64,000 nucleotides of DNA, from IMG/VR virus record IMGVR_UViG_3300005512_000001, positions 160,001 through 224,000 of that record, one strand, 5' to 3'. Position 1 is the stretch's first letter; every line of letters begins with the position of its first letter. Below are positions 1 to 9,782 of this stretch, in pieces. The position numbers were made by a program, and so were the translations under genes. This DNA is from a virus (taxonomy: Duplodnaviria > Caudoviricetes). Under the pieces are notes generated by a model, which saw only the letters and a list, made by a program, of their open reading frames with translations, searched no databases and was not told the origin of the DNA.

Positions 1-263
1 ATCAATGTGATTTGCTAATATCGTCAGACCATATGATGCATTTAGACCCAGATACTGCACAGTTTGTATTGAGGGCAATATGTGATTCATGGAAACCTAA
101 GTATTTTGTTACTAGGGAGTCAAAACGCGACCGCATCGTAAAAGGCAAGGCGATTAAATATGCGCACGATTATTCTGTGCTGAATACAACATATGATTTA
201 GTTGCTGAGAAAGTAAGTGCACAAGATGATAGCTATAACATAAGGATATATCAAAAGAGATGA
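1..263 (+). CDS. 3' part of a gene truncated by the window edge; possibly class I SAM methyltransferase-like
   Basis: Frame is open from position 3 (QCDLLISSDHMMHL), resembling the DL..S.DV.EH motif of class I MTases; overlaps the next ATG (ATGA). Confidence 0.3.
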   Translation, partial: QCDLLISSDHMMHLDPDTAQFVLRAICDSWKPKYFVTRESKRDRIVKGKAIKYAHDYSVLNTTYDLVAEKVSAQDDSYNIRIYQKR

Positions 264-1138
264 GATATTGTTATGTAGCTTGTTTATCAAGGGGTGGATC
301 AAATCTATTAGCAGCCCTGATGCACAACAATCCTGTTGTTTATGCCGTTGCTAAACGAGATTGGCGTAGATTTTATAAATCAAAAGTGCTTACACCAGGT
401 ATATTAGGGCATGTTGCGAAAACTAAAAAATCTATATATTTTAGGGGTGGTTTTTACAAAAATCTTGACGACATAAACGTTTTTATGCTTGATAAGTTTT
501 TAGAGAAGGGTTTCGGTTTTAAAATTCCGCCACATGATAATGTTGTTGGGTTGATTAGGAACCCGTTTGCTATTATTAATTCAATGAATAGGTATGGGCA
601 CAAATACAAATTCAAACAATGGTGCATGACGCCCGCAAAGGTCTATCGTGTCATTAACAACCGATTTGTGTCTTTGATTAGATATTGTAATTCGCATCAA
701 AATGCAAAATTATTCTGGTTTAATGATATTGTTACAGATACTAATGCTGTAATAAATGAGGTATCAGTATTTCTAGGTATTGAACCACACACACACATAA
801 GCTTCTCCAAAACATTCAATGATAATGGTTGTGTGCATTGTGGCGGTGAATTTAGCACAGTAATGTCGGATTGTGCTGATGCCTCGAATGTATTGCTTGA
901 ACGTGGCATGAAGTATCGGCCTAGTAACCATTTTTATTGCCCTAAATGCAAATTGCTTACACTTGGGTATGGTAGTTTTAATCCATGTAAAGAGATAAAA
1001 CAACCCGAAGGGTGGAGCCAAATACCAGATAATCTTAGGAAGGCTGTTAGGTCTGTGTTGATTAAGGAATTTGGCAAGAAAATCGCGACGCGATTTGAGA
1101 AAAATAATATAACAAAAGAAATCATAAGAGGTTTGTAA
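260..1138 (+). CDS. Sulfotransferase-family (P-loop) protein with Cys-rich insert
   Basis: LSRGGSNLLAALM (5'-PSB-like) and LIRNPFAIINS (3'-PB-like) motifs; CxxC...CxxC insert. Confidence 0.55.
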   Translation: MRYCYVACLSRGGSNLLAALMHNNPVVYAVAKRDWRRFYKSKVLTPGILGHVAKTKKSIYFRGGFYKNLDDINVFMLDKFLEKGFGFKIPPHDNVVGLIRNPFAIINSMNRYGHKYKFKQWCMTPAKVYRVINNRFVSLIRYCNSHQNAKLFWFNDIVTDTNAVINEVSVFLGIEPHTHISFSKTFNDNGCVHCGGEFSTVMSDCADASNVLLERGMKYRPSNHFYCPKCKLLTLGYGSFNPCKEIKQPEGWSQIPDNLRKAVRSVLIKEFGKKIATRFEKNNITKEIIRGL

Positions 1139-1196
1139 TATCACATCGTATTTTAAGTATCAGACGCTATTTATATGGGCCAACTGATTTGCTCAC

Positions 1197-1360
1197 TTAG
1201 GCACATTCAGGGCATCCTTGACCATTAAGGTGTCCGTTTGGTTTTTGTGAGAATCCTCCGTGTTTAGTACAGATTTTGCTTTGGTCGATGTATTAAAACC
1301 ATATTGTTGTGAATTTTATTGGTTTTATTAATGAATTCCGCTGCTGGAAGCTTTTGCCAT
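1197..1360 (-). pseudogene. Frameshifted remnant of a DUF723-like zinc-ribbon repeat (homing-endonuclease N-terminal module)
   Basis: Minus-strand reading across frameshifts gives MAK / LPAAEFINKTNKIHNN / ICTKHGGFSQKPNGHLNGQGCPECA*, matching the EFI.K...IH...C..HG.F.Q.P..HL.G.GCP.C repeat. Confidence 0.65.
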
Positions 1361-1406
1361 TATATGAACACCTGTGCTGTATTTATATTGAATAAATGAC
1401 GATACA

Positions 1407-2786
1407 ATGAAAATGCCCGTAAAAGAAATTAAAGCATGCATAAAATACACAGGCCCAACTGAGTTTGTTCACTTACATTGTCATACCGTCTATTCAACTC
1501 TAGATGGTGTGCAGACGCCGGAACAACTATTTGCTGCATGTGCTGAACGCGAATGGCCCGCTATTGCGATCACAGAGCATGGTGTGTTATCGTCTGTACC
1601 TGATAATTATTTTGCGGCGAAAGCGAATGGGGTTAAGTATATCGCAGCTTGTGAGATATACTTTAACGACTTTGAGCCATTAAGGCAAGAAATTATAGCT
1701 AATGGCGATACACTTAGTTCTATAAAACAGTCTGACCCTATGTTGCATTCTAGGATAGTTCGTAATCGGCATCTTACATTATTGGCTAAGAACATGACGG
1801 GCTTCAGTAACCTTATTAGGATGGTTACTGAAGCCCATAAATTTGGATTTTATGGCAGACCTAGAATATGGTTTGATAAACTACTTGAATATAAAGAGGG
1901 TCTGATAGTATTGTCTGGATGTTTAAATGGGCCAGTATCTCATGAGATTAGGCAAGATATATTACGGTCGGACAATGGGCGTGGTGCTATAGATTATGTG
2001 TTGAAATTTAGAGAGGCATTCGGAGATGATTATTATCTAGAATTACAAATGCCATGTCTTCCGGATGCTGATGCTAAAGATAAACCAGCGTTTTGGGTAT
2101 TAGACAAAATCTCTAAGAAGTTCAACATTCCATCTGTTTTGACTAATGATGCGCATTATTTAAACCGGGAAGATTTTCAAATCCAAAAACTAATGATGGC
2201 CATTAGTCAGAATTTGACAATAGATTCTCCTGATTTATTCCACGTCAATAGTGATGAACAATTCCTAAAAACTAGGGCTGAGCTATATGATACTTTCAAG
2301 CGGCATGGTTATGACAAACATACTGGCGATGACCGATTCGAAATCATGTGCGACAATACGTTGGCTGTGGCTGGTAAATGTGAATATTTCGAACCAGACC
2401 TAGAGCCGAAAATACCCACTGGCGACGGCGACCCCGTAAAATTGAAACAAATGGTTGTTCGAGAGCTTATGCGTCGTGGTTTGCATAAATGTGCTGATAA
2501 ATATGTTGTTGATAACCGCGAAGTTACATATTTTGAACAAGCTAAGATTGAACTCAATAGGTTCATAGAAAAGGGGTTCGCTAGTTATTTTTTAATTACC
2601 CGAGATTTGATACAGTTTAGTCTATCTAATGGATGGCCTATAGGGCCTAGAGGTAGTGTGGGTGGCTCGCTAGTATGTTATTTGCTTGGCATCACAGAAT
2701 TAGACCCATTGAAATGGGGGCTATCGTTTAATAGGTTTTTATCGCCATCGCGTGGTGGCTACATGTTAAATATAAAGGCTGAATAA
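1407..2786 (+). CDS. dnaE: DNA polymerase III alpha, N-terminal part (PHP domain plus start of palm)
   Basis: FVHLHCHTVYSTLDG, AITEHG, HLTLLAKN..G..NL, LSGCLNG, TNDAHY, RGSVGGSLVCYLLGIT.LDPL, FNRFLSPSR; ends before the PDID motif. Confidence 0.93.
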   Translation: MKMPVKEIKACIKYTGPTEFVHLHCHTVYSTLDGVQTPEQLFAACAEREWPAIAITEHGVLSSVPDNYFAAKANGVKYIAACEIYFNDFEPLRQEIIANGDTLSSIKQSDPMLHSRIVRNRHLTLLAKNMTGFSNLIRMVTEAHKFGFYGRPRIWFDKLLEYKEGLIVLSGCLNGPVSHEIRQDILRSDNGRGAIDYVLKFREAFGDDYYLELQMPCLPDADAKDKPAFWVLDKISKKFNIPSVLTNDAHYLNREDFQIQKLMMAISQNLTIDSPDLFHVNSDEQFLKTRAELYDTFKRHGYDKHTGDDRFEIMCDNTLAVAGKCEYFEPDLEPKIPTGDGDPVKLKQMVVRELMRRGLHKCADKYVVDNREVTYFEQAKIELNRFIEKGFASYFLITRDLIQFSLSNGWPIGPRGSVGGSLVCYLLGITELDPLKWGLSFNRFLSPSRGGYMLNIKAE

Positions 2787-3247
2787 TGTCTAAATTTACA
2801 AAATTAGCTGCTATGCTTAGGCGAGAATCAGAATATTCGCATTGGGCATATGCAAATGGGTCCGCTGTGTGGTCCAAGATTGTTAAATGGTTGGCGGAAA
2901 TTGAAAAATCATCTGAATTAGACTTTGATGAGTATCAATCAAAATCGCGGGCGACAGCCATTTACCCAAACTTAAATGACAATATTGCATATCCGGCTTT
3001 AGGATTGGCCGGTGAGTCTGGGGAAGTATGTGAGAAAGTCAAAAAGATTATTCGTGATAAAGATGGTGTTATTGATGATGATGATAGGTCAGAATTAGCG
3101 AAAGAGCTTGGGGATGTTTTATGGTACCTATCTAATATAGCATCTGAACTTAATATAAGCCTAGGTGGTGTGGCAAGAATAAATATTGATAAACTTGAAA
3201 GCAGAATGAAGCGTAATGCGCTTCATGGTGATGGTGATAATCGATGA
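2786..3247 (+). CDS. MazG-like NTP pyrophosphohydrolase
   Basis: YPALGLAGESGEVCEKVKK, ELGDVLWY, NIDKL..R...L.GDGDNR. Confidence 0.88.
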   Translation: MSKFTKLAAMLRRESEYSHWAYANGSAVWSKIVKWLAEIEKSSELDFDEYQSKSRATAIYPNLNDNIAYPALGLAGESGEVCEKVKKIIRDKDGVIDDDDRSELAKELGDVLWYLSNIASELNISLGGVARINIDKLESRMKRNALHGDGDNR

Positions 3248-3621
3248 ACAATAAAAATCTTATAGAGCGTTATCCAGAGGCTATTAATGTTCTTAAGCGT
3301 AGTTTACGTATATTGACATCGTTAAAAGTGGAACTTGCCGCTGCGGCGATATCGATGAAATTGGTGGATGTATTAGACTGTCTAGTTAAGAAAGATTTCA
3401 AACAGTCACTTGATGATTTATGGGCATGCTCACTAGTTGTGCAGCGCATTTTGTATGATGCGTTTTCGGAGAAGATTGGGAAAGAGTCTGAGCGAGCTAT
3501 TGTTGCGAAGTGCGCTGCTGATGATGGGGAGTTTGAAAAAGCCGCTAGGCAATATATACTAGCAAACACAGAAATTACTAAATTAACTGGGTTTAGTTCT
3601 CTATTTTTGGATAAAAAATGA
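3244..3621 (+). CDS. Hypothetical protein
   Basis: ORF tightly coupled (ATGA overlaps) within the operon. Confidence 0.6.
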   Translation: MNNKNLIERYPEAINVLKRSLRILTSLKVELAAAAISMKLVDVLDCLVKKDFKQSLDDLWACSLVVQRILYDAFSEKIGKESERAIVAKCAADDGEFEKAARQYILANTEITKLTGFSSLFLDKK

Positions 3622-3998
3622 GGTCGATAGCATACATAGTTACAGGACGCCCTAAGAATAGGGCTGATTGTTTAGATTACGCATTTAAGCGTAATCTAAT
3701 GTATATTTCTTATGAGCTACATGTTAGGGGTGTTGCTAACGAAGATTATGCATATAAAGAATTATATGCGACATTCGTATGGAGATTTGATAGCACAACG
3801 ATAGCATATGATGAGGTGTATGGGGCATGGTATTATCATGAAGATGATGAAAGGAAAGGGATTAGCATTGAAAATGCGAACCGCCGGTTAAAACATGCAG
3901 TTGACGTTATAAATAGCAGAATCGGAACTGATTTACAATATGACAAGCAGTTTGAGCATAGCTTAATTATTGATGGAGATAACGATGAGGCAAATTGA
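3618..3998 (+). CDS. Hypothetical protein
   Basis: ORF coupled to its neighbours. Confidence 0.6.
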   Translation: MRSIAYIVTGRPKNRADCLDYAFKRNLMYISYELHVRGVANEDYAYKELYATFVWRFDSTTIAYDEVYGAWYYHEDDERKGISIENANRRLKHAVDVINSRIGTDLQYDKQFEHSLIIDGDNDEAN

Positions 3999-4401
3999 AA
4001 TTTTTGCAGCAAGTAGTAGAGACAATCAAATGGCAAGTTATGGTGCAGTGCTGCATGATGCCACTTTAGATGAGAAGTTTGAGTCATCGCAAATAATTGG
4101 TGATTATTCAAGGAACCAAGCAGATTTGATTGCTATGGTAATGGCATTGCGATGTGTTAAGACTGAATTTAAAGATGCCGAGATCATATTACATAGTCCG
4201 CCAGCATATGCCTCGCAGGTGGTTGAGAGGAACGACGATAACAAGTGGGTTTCAAACTCAAAAGCGAATATAGATATTGTGCGAGAGGTCCGGGGTTTGA
4301 TTGAAGAGTTTCCCAATTTGATGATTAAAAAATCTAGCGCCAACGAGGCGGCATTCAAAAGATGCATTGAGATTGCTAAAATATGTCTAAACAACAAGTA
4401 A
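3985..4401 (+). CDS. RNase HI-fold protein, catalytic residues degenerate
   Basis: IEIFAASS / SRNQADLIA / IILHSPPAY / KANIDI align to RNase HI IYTDGS / TNNRMELMA / ILSTDSQY / VKNVDL; start re-assigned to ATG 3985. Confidence 0.6.
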   Translation: MRQIEIFAASSRDNQMASYGAVLHDATLDEKFESSQIIGDYSRNQADLIAMVMALRCVKTEFKDAEIILHSPPAYASQVVERNDDNKWVSNSKANIDIVREVRGLIEEFPNLMIKKSSANEAAFKRCIEIAKICLNNK

Positions 4402-6899
4402 GTTGGAGCAAATTAAAAAAGCTCGCCACTATGCTTGCTGAGAAAAGGAAGCTTGATGCTGAGTATGTACGTAGACTCAAATTCGAGATAAAGGAAATTG
4501 AAAAACAGGGTGCCAATACATATTGGACCGAGCAATTTAATGATGGCAATAAATACGATACCAATAAAAACGGATTAGTATTGCCATGGTTAATTGGACT
4601 CACCCCTGTTGACCCCTTGAAGTCTGAACATGAGATTATTAGGTCGACCGATTTGCCAGATATTGATGTTGATTGTTTACCGCAGGCAAGAGATAAGATT
4701 AAAGCATATGCGGCTGAAAAGTATGGCAAAGAATATGTATGTAGTGTTGGCACATGGTTGACATATAAGTTTCGGTCTGCACTTCAGGATGCCGCGAGAG
4801 GTCTTGGTAGTGATTTCCGAGACGCGATGATAGTAACAAAAACGCTGCCTGACGATATAGATGACTTAAAAGATGGTGGGTATGCAGCATGCTCTAATTG
4901 CGGCAATAAGCATAAGCGTGTGCAATGTCCGTCATGTGGTAGTGTCGATACTGAAGGCATCACTATTGGCCAGATGTTGGAAGAACATGAAACTTTAAAT
5001 GCATATTATACACAGAATCCTGATGTTGTTGATAAAGCGGTGCTGCTTGTTGGTAAAATTAGGGCTATGGGCAAGCATGCAGGTGGCGTGATTATAACGA
5101 ATCGTAAGCTCATGGGCAATGTGCCGATGGGAATCAGTAAAGGGTCCGATGGCGAAGCACAATGGACTAGTATGTGGACTGAAGGCCGGAATACTCAACT
5201 ATCCAAACTTGGATATGTAAAATGGGACTTGCTTGGGTTAAAGACACTTCAATATATTCATGATGCTTGTAAGTTAATAGAACAGACACGCGGTTATAAA
5301 TTCAATATTCTACCGTGGCAGGACAATGACCCGACAGCTAATTTGGTTGGTTGGTATTTAGATGATAATGGCGAGCGGCATGATGTACAGATGGACGACC
5401 CAGATGTTTTTAAGATGATAAATGATTTAAGGGTTGAAACGTTATTCCAATTCGAGACCGACGTGCAACGCAATGTGCTGTCTAATGGTGTGAGAAATTA
5501 TTATGATTTACAGGTTTTTAATGCTATGGGCCATCCTGGGCCGATTGCATTTATACCAGAGTATGTGGAACGCAGAGATGATAATAATCAGACCTGGAAG
5601 CGCTTAGAACATCCAGATATAGCTGCGGAATTGGAAGATACGCACGGCATTATTGTTTATCAAGAGCAATTGCAGAAGATATGGCAAAAATTTGCCGGAT
5701 TTACAGCCCCCGAGGCTGAAAAAGCTAGAAAAGCTGTAGCCAAAAAATGGCGCGAACAGCTTAAGGGTATAGAGGCACATTGGAAGACTGGTGCGGCTAA
5801 AACATTAGGTGTCAAATGGGCTGATATAATGTGGGACCGCATGATTAGTTTTGGTAGGTATGCCTTCAACTTAAGCCATAGCTGTGCTTATATTTTGGTG
5901 GCGTATTGGTGTGCATGGTTAAAAGCACATTTCCCGCCAGAGTGGTGGGCAGCGGTAATGAGCGGGTGCCATCCCGATCGAATACCGAAATATATGAACA
6001 CCGCCAGGCTAGAAGGAGTGAAATTCGGTGCTATAAGTGCAGAGGAGCTTACTAAAAACTTTTCTGTGGCACCGAATTTAGAAGTAACACCAGGTCTTAC
6101 GAGCATTAAAGGAATTGGTGCTAAAGCTGCTGTGAAATTAGAAGGCCGCCATGCATTTAAAGACATAGATGAATTTATTACGGTTGTAGGCAAGGACAAA
6201 CGGGTAATGGAGCCTCTTATTAAATTAGGGGCATTTTCAAAATATCATCAAAATCTAAAAGCAACATGGATGTGGTATCAATTCAAGTATTGTACAAGCA
6301 AAGCAATAACGGCGTTAAAGAAGGAAATTAAAGAAAAATTAGTCGCACACTGGACCCCGGAAGCGATTGAAAAGCAACGGAAGCTTTTTGTAGATGGTTT
6401 TAAAGCAGAATTTCCAAAACGCAAAGTTCCAGCGAAGACGCTAAATTGGAAGCCAAAACCAGACCCCACCCGGAAGAATGTGATGGCGTTGTTTGAGGAT
6501 GACTTCTCTTTGAAAGAGCGGTTGGATTTTGAAAGGCAGTATTTAGGATATTATTGGCACTCGCCATTAGACCTCTATGATATTGATGGGTTGACAATAC
6601 AATCTGTTAAAGAAGCGATTGGCAATAGAGGTAGGATTGAAGTAGTGGTTGAGAGTCTGACTATTGGTAAGACTAAAACCCAAAAGAGGATGGGTAGGCT
6701 GAAAGTAACAGATGGGTTAGCGGACTGTACGATTATCTTATGGGCCAACCAGTTAGAAGTGCTGGGGCCATATTTAAAAGAAGGTGTCGGCATACGATTA
6801 GATGTTAAGTATGACCCATCTAGAAATAGTTTTACGTTAGGGCAACGTGATACAGTGCCGATTTTGCTGAGGCCGAGGTCTGATGAAAAATCAGAATAA
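4383..6899 (+). CDS. dnaE: DNA polymerase III alpha, C-terminal part (catalytic palm, thumb, fingers, HhH, OB)
   Basis: LPDIDVD, GKHAGGVII, KWDLLGLKTL, LFQFE, THGIIVYQEQL, FGRYAFNLSHSCAY, GLTSIKGIG, ERQYLGYY; CxxC...CxxC insertion. Confidence 0.93.
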   Translation: MSKQQVSWSKLKKLATMLAEKRKLDAEYVRRLKFEIKEIEKQGANTYWTEQFNDGNKYDTNKNGLVLPWLIGLTPVDPLKSEHEIIRSTDLPDIDVDCLPQARDKIKAYAAEKYGKEYVCSVGTWLTYKFRSALQDAARGLGSDFRDAMIVTKTLPDDIDDLKDGGYAACSNCGNKHKRVQCPSCGSVDTEGITIGQMLEEHETLNAYYTQNPDVVDKAVLLVGKIRAMGKHAGGVIITNRKLMGNVPMGISKGSDGEAQWTSMWTEGRNTQLSKLGYVKWDLLGLKTLQYIHDACKLIEQTRGYKFNILPWQDNDPTANLVGWYLDDNGERHDVQMDDPDVFKMINDLRVETLFQFETDVQRNVLSNGVRNYYDLQVFNAMGHPGPIAFIPEYVERRDDNNQTWKRLEHPDIAAELEDTHGIIVYQEQLQKIWQKFAGFTAPEAEKARKAVAKKWREQLKGIEAHWKTGAAKTLGVKWADIMWDRMISFGRYAFNLSHSCAYILVAYWCAWLKAHFPPEWWAAVMSGCHPDRIPKYMNTARLEGVKFGAISAEELTKNFSVAPNLEVTPGLTSIKGIGAKAAVKLEGRHAFKDIDEFITVVGKDKRVMEPLIKLGAFSKYHQNLKATWMWYQFKYCTSKAITALKKEIKEKLVAHWTPEAIEKQRKLFVDGFKAEFPKRKVPAKTLNWKPKPDPTRKNVMALFEDDFSLKERLDFERQYLGYYWHSPLDLYDIDGLTIQSVKEAIGNRGRIEVVVESLTIGKTKTQKRMGRLKVTDGLADCTIILWANQLEVLGPYLKEGVGIRLDVKYDPSRNSFTLGQRDTVPILLRPRSDEKSE

Positions 6900-7407
6900 T
6901 GATGGAATATTTTGCGATTATTGCGGTAGTGAGGTAAAAGGTGACTTTATATATTATTCATTTGATTTTTATGAAATCAAAATCATGAATAAATTTACAA
7001 GGTCATCTGACGCTACTGTGATGTCTGTTGATTTATGTGAGATGTGTATGGAGTTATTTCGTCAGCGATTATTGAATGTAGCAGGGGTTGTTCAACAATC
7101 ACCAACGCGGTGTGATGTCACTGGCAAAAATTTCGGTACGCATGACCAAGTTTACTATAAATGCAAAATTTCGAGTGTTGAAGTAGATTTATCTGGTCAG
7201 CCGTATTTGTGTGCTAAATGCAATAAACCAAGAGACCCACAAGCAGGGCCATGTGAATGCTCTAGTGATGCTAGAGAATTAATTAAAATTGCAGATGTTC
7301 GCCAAGATGATGGGTATCTTGAGCTAATATTCTGCAGTGAAATATTTGCTAAATTCAAAAAGCATGTGGAATACATAGGAAATTTAGGAGAAGCAGAATG
7401 GTCATAG
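6883..7407 (+). CDS. Cys-rich zinc-binding hypothetical protein
   Basis: Multiple CxxC pairs. Confidence 0.55.
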   Translation: MKNQNNDGIFCDYCGSEVKGDFIYYSFDFYEIKIMNKFTRSSDATVMSVDLCEMCMELFRQRLLNVAGVVQQSPTRCDVTGKNFGTHDQVYYKCKISSVEVDLSGQPYLCAKCNKPRDPQAGPCECSSDARELIKIADVRQDDGYLELIFCSEIFAKFKKHVEYIGNLGEAEWS

Positions 7408-7967
7408 ATGATGTTAATCCATTTAGCCTGGTTGAAATAGTTGTTGGTGGAGCTGCTGTTTATGGTAGGCCAGTAGAATGGAATAAAGAAATAATTGATA
7501 GCGAAGGCCATATTGATGATGGGTCGATAGCGAAAGTTACTATGCTTGAAACGGTTTGCCCACAGTGTGGGCAGATGGTATTGTTTAATACCATCTATGA
7601 TGCCATACAGTGCCCAGAATGTTCGGCTGGTGAGGATGTTTTAGCCGACACTATGACTGCGTTTATGGACCCCGGCAAATACGGAAGTGCCACAGACTCT
7701 GACCCACAAGATGGTGTGGAGGTCATAGAGGCAGAAGAAGTCCCTATCCCTGATGTTGTTATTGATAAAGAAGAAATCTTAGCGATTGTGGAAGAGGAAG
7801 ATATTGTTCCTGACGAAGAGGAAGATGTCGAAGAAGAGCTAGATGAAGAAATAATAGAAGATGTCGTTCCTGGTGATGAAGAACCAGAAAGCCTACAAGA
7901 GGAGCCAGAGGAAGATATTGAAGATATGAATGCGTTATTGGATTCGATTGAAGAGATTTCAGAATGA
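7398..7967 (+). CDS. Zinc-ribbon protein with long acidic tail
   Basis: CPQCG...CPEC followed by an E/D-rich C-terminal half. Confidence 0.6.
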   Translation: MVIDDVNPFSLVEIVVGGAAVYGRPVEWNKEIIDSEGHIDDGSIAKVTMLETVCPQCGQMVLFNTIYDAIQCPECSAGEDVLADTMTAFMDPGKYGSATDSDPQDGVEVIEAEEVPIPDVVIDKEEILAIVEEEDIVPDEEEDVEEELDEEIIEDVVPGDEEPESLQEEPEEDIEDMNALLDSIEEISE

Positions 7968-8854
7968 AAATCATACTTGGTGGTGGTTTAATAGGTTTAA
8001 TCGCACGTGATATATTAGGTAGTGATTGGATTATTATCCCGATTGGAAGAAGTAGGTATTATTCGTTCGACCCACCATTAGCAGATAATTATGTTGTCAG
8101 AGATGACCTGATTGATGAGTATATGCGGGAGTATACTATCGTGCCATGCCTATACAGAATTGGGTATTCTTATGGCGGGCAGATATTATTTAATACTACC
8201 ATACCGTTATCGCCGTACTTAGATAAGCTATATGGCGGCAATGTGCCACCGCATGCATCATCGTATTGGGGCAATAGGATTGATTTGTGGGGTTATGGTA
8301 ATTGTATTGATATGTATATGCGATTACAAGAAAAATACAAAGATGAAATATTAAATAATAATAATATATATGGGGTTCCCAGTAAGATTAGCGACCATAC
8401 CATAACGGCCAATAAGCAGTTCGAATATGATGAGATTATATCGACTGTGCCACTCCCGGCGTTGTTGGGATGGATGAATGTTAGTTGGCCAGAGTTAAAA
8501 GCTAAGGACGTCTATTGTTATCATGTTCGCACCGACTGTCTTGATTTTGAAGGTGCGACACATCTGTTCGTGGCCGACCCGGAAATTGAATTCTTCAAAG
8601 CTAGCATGATAAATAAGCAGAATTACATCTTTTATGCTCAGAAGAAAATAGAACAACCTGGGCAATATTTCATGGGGTTTATGAAGAGGTTTGAGCTAAT
8701 AGCGGAGACATCTGTGCCAGAATCTATATGTTGTGGCCATATCCCTGCTATATCGGACATAGATGATGCAGACATAACATGTGTCGGTAGCTCTGCAGTA
8801 TGGGATGATTGTTTAGATGTTGGTAGCTGTATAAAAAGAATATTAAAATTATGA
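7964..8854 (+). CDS. FAD/NAD-dependent oxidoreductase-like protein
   Basis: N-terminal IILGGGLIG Rossmann motif; YDEIISTVPL; C-terminal VG..A.W. Confidence 0.55.
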   Translation: MKIILGGGLIGLIARDILGSDWIIIPIGRSRYYSFDPPLADNYVVRDDLIDEYMREYTIVPCLYRIGYSYGGQILFNTTIPLSPYLDKLYGGNVPPHASSYWGNRIDLWGYGNCIDMYMRLQEKYKDEILNNNNIYGVPSKISDHTITANKQFEYDEIISTVPLPALLGWMNVSWPELKAKDVYCYHVRTDCLDFEGATHLFVADPEIEFFKASMINKQNYIFYAQKKIEQPGQYFMGFMKRFELIAETSVPESICCGHIPAISDIDDADITCVGSSAVWDDCLDVGSCIKRILKL

Positions 8855-9483
8855 GTGGACTAGATGCTGCTAATGAACGTTATAAGATGTTGGCACATTT
8901 GAAAGATGCGTGTGCTGAATGTAAAATGTGTGAGTTAGGTTGGAGAAAAGCAACACGCGGTGCTTATAATTACAACCCACATGTTTTTAGCAACTACACT
9001 CCTATGTCGCCTACTGCGAAGTTCATGATAGTTGGCCAGAATCCGGGATGGAATGAAGTAAAGGAAGGAATGCCATTTATTGGTGCGGCTGGCAAAAATT
9101 TTGATGATGCATTACTAAAAAATACCAGATGGACACGTGGTGATTTTTATATTACCAATAGCATTAAATGCTTTACAAAAGATAATAAGCCGCCATCACA
9201 CCAGAATTTAAATAGGTGTGAGCCATTCTTAAGAATGGAAATATCGATTATTAAACCGAAGCTAGTAATAACTTTTGGGTCTGTAGCATTTGGGATATTG
9301 TGTGGCTGTAAATTCTCAGACAATATAGGCAAAATTGTTGATAGCGACAAATTTGGGGTTAAGGTCTTCACCACATATCACCCATCGCCACTGAATCTGG
9401 CCAATCCACAACGGAAGAAAAAATTTTATCAAGATATTCGTACTATTGGTAAAATTATGGACCACTATCTGTCACCATTCTAG
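8851..9483 (+). CDS. Uracil-DNA glycosylase, family 4 (Fe-S cluster type)
   Basis: C..C..C, VGQNPG..E...G.PFIGAAG, YITN.IKC, C.PFL..EI, YHPS. Confidence 0.88.
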   Translation: MSGLDAANERYKMLAHLKDACAECKMCELGWRKATRGAYNYNPHVFSNYTPMSPTAKFMIVGQNPGWNEVKEGMPFIGAAGKNFDDALLKNTRWTRGDFYITNSIKCFTKDNKPPSHQNLNRCEPFLRMEISIIKPKLVITFGSVAFGILCGCKFSDNIGKIVDSDKFGVKVFTTYHPSPLNLANPQRKKKFYQDIRTIGKIMDHYLSPF

Positions 9484-9493
9484 GGAGAATATT

Positions 9494-9751
9494 ATGCACC
9501 AACTAGTTGTGCATTGTAAGCGATCTAAATACGATATTTATATTGGTAGACCTTCTAAATGGGGGAATCCATTTAATATTGGAGAAGACGGCACTAGAGA
9601 TGAGGTCATTGAAAAATATAAAAAGTGGATTTTGGCGAGGCCCGATTGGGTGTCACAGTGTAAACTGGAATTAAAAGGTAAAGTTTTAGGGTGTTGGTGT
9701 GCACCGCAAAATTGCCATGGTGATGTATTGGCGGAGATCGCTAACAGCTAG
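9494..9751 (+). CDS. DUF4326-family protein
   Basis: VVHCK..YDIYIGRPSKWGNPF ... LKGKVLGCWCAP..CHGDVL; GGGAG RBS before ATG 9494. Confidence 0.85.
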   Translation: MHQLVVHCKRSKYDIYIGRPSKWGNPFNIGEDGTRDEVIEKYKKWILARPDWVSQCKLELKGKVLGCWCAPQNCHGDVLAEIANS

Positions 9752-9782
9752 GTGTGTATTCAAAAATATATTTGGTGATATA

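Noticed and set aside
2700-4460. Split intein joining the DnaE halves
   Set aside because: No Cys/Ser-initiated N-intein after part 1 and no HN-C/S/T C-intein at the start of part 2.
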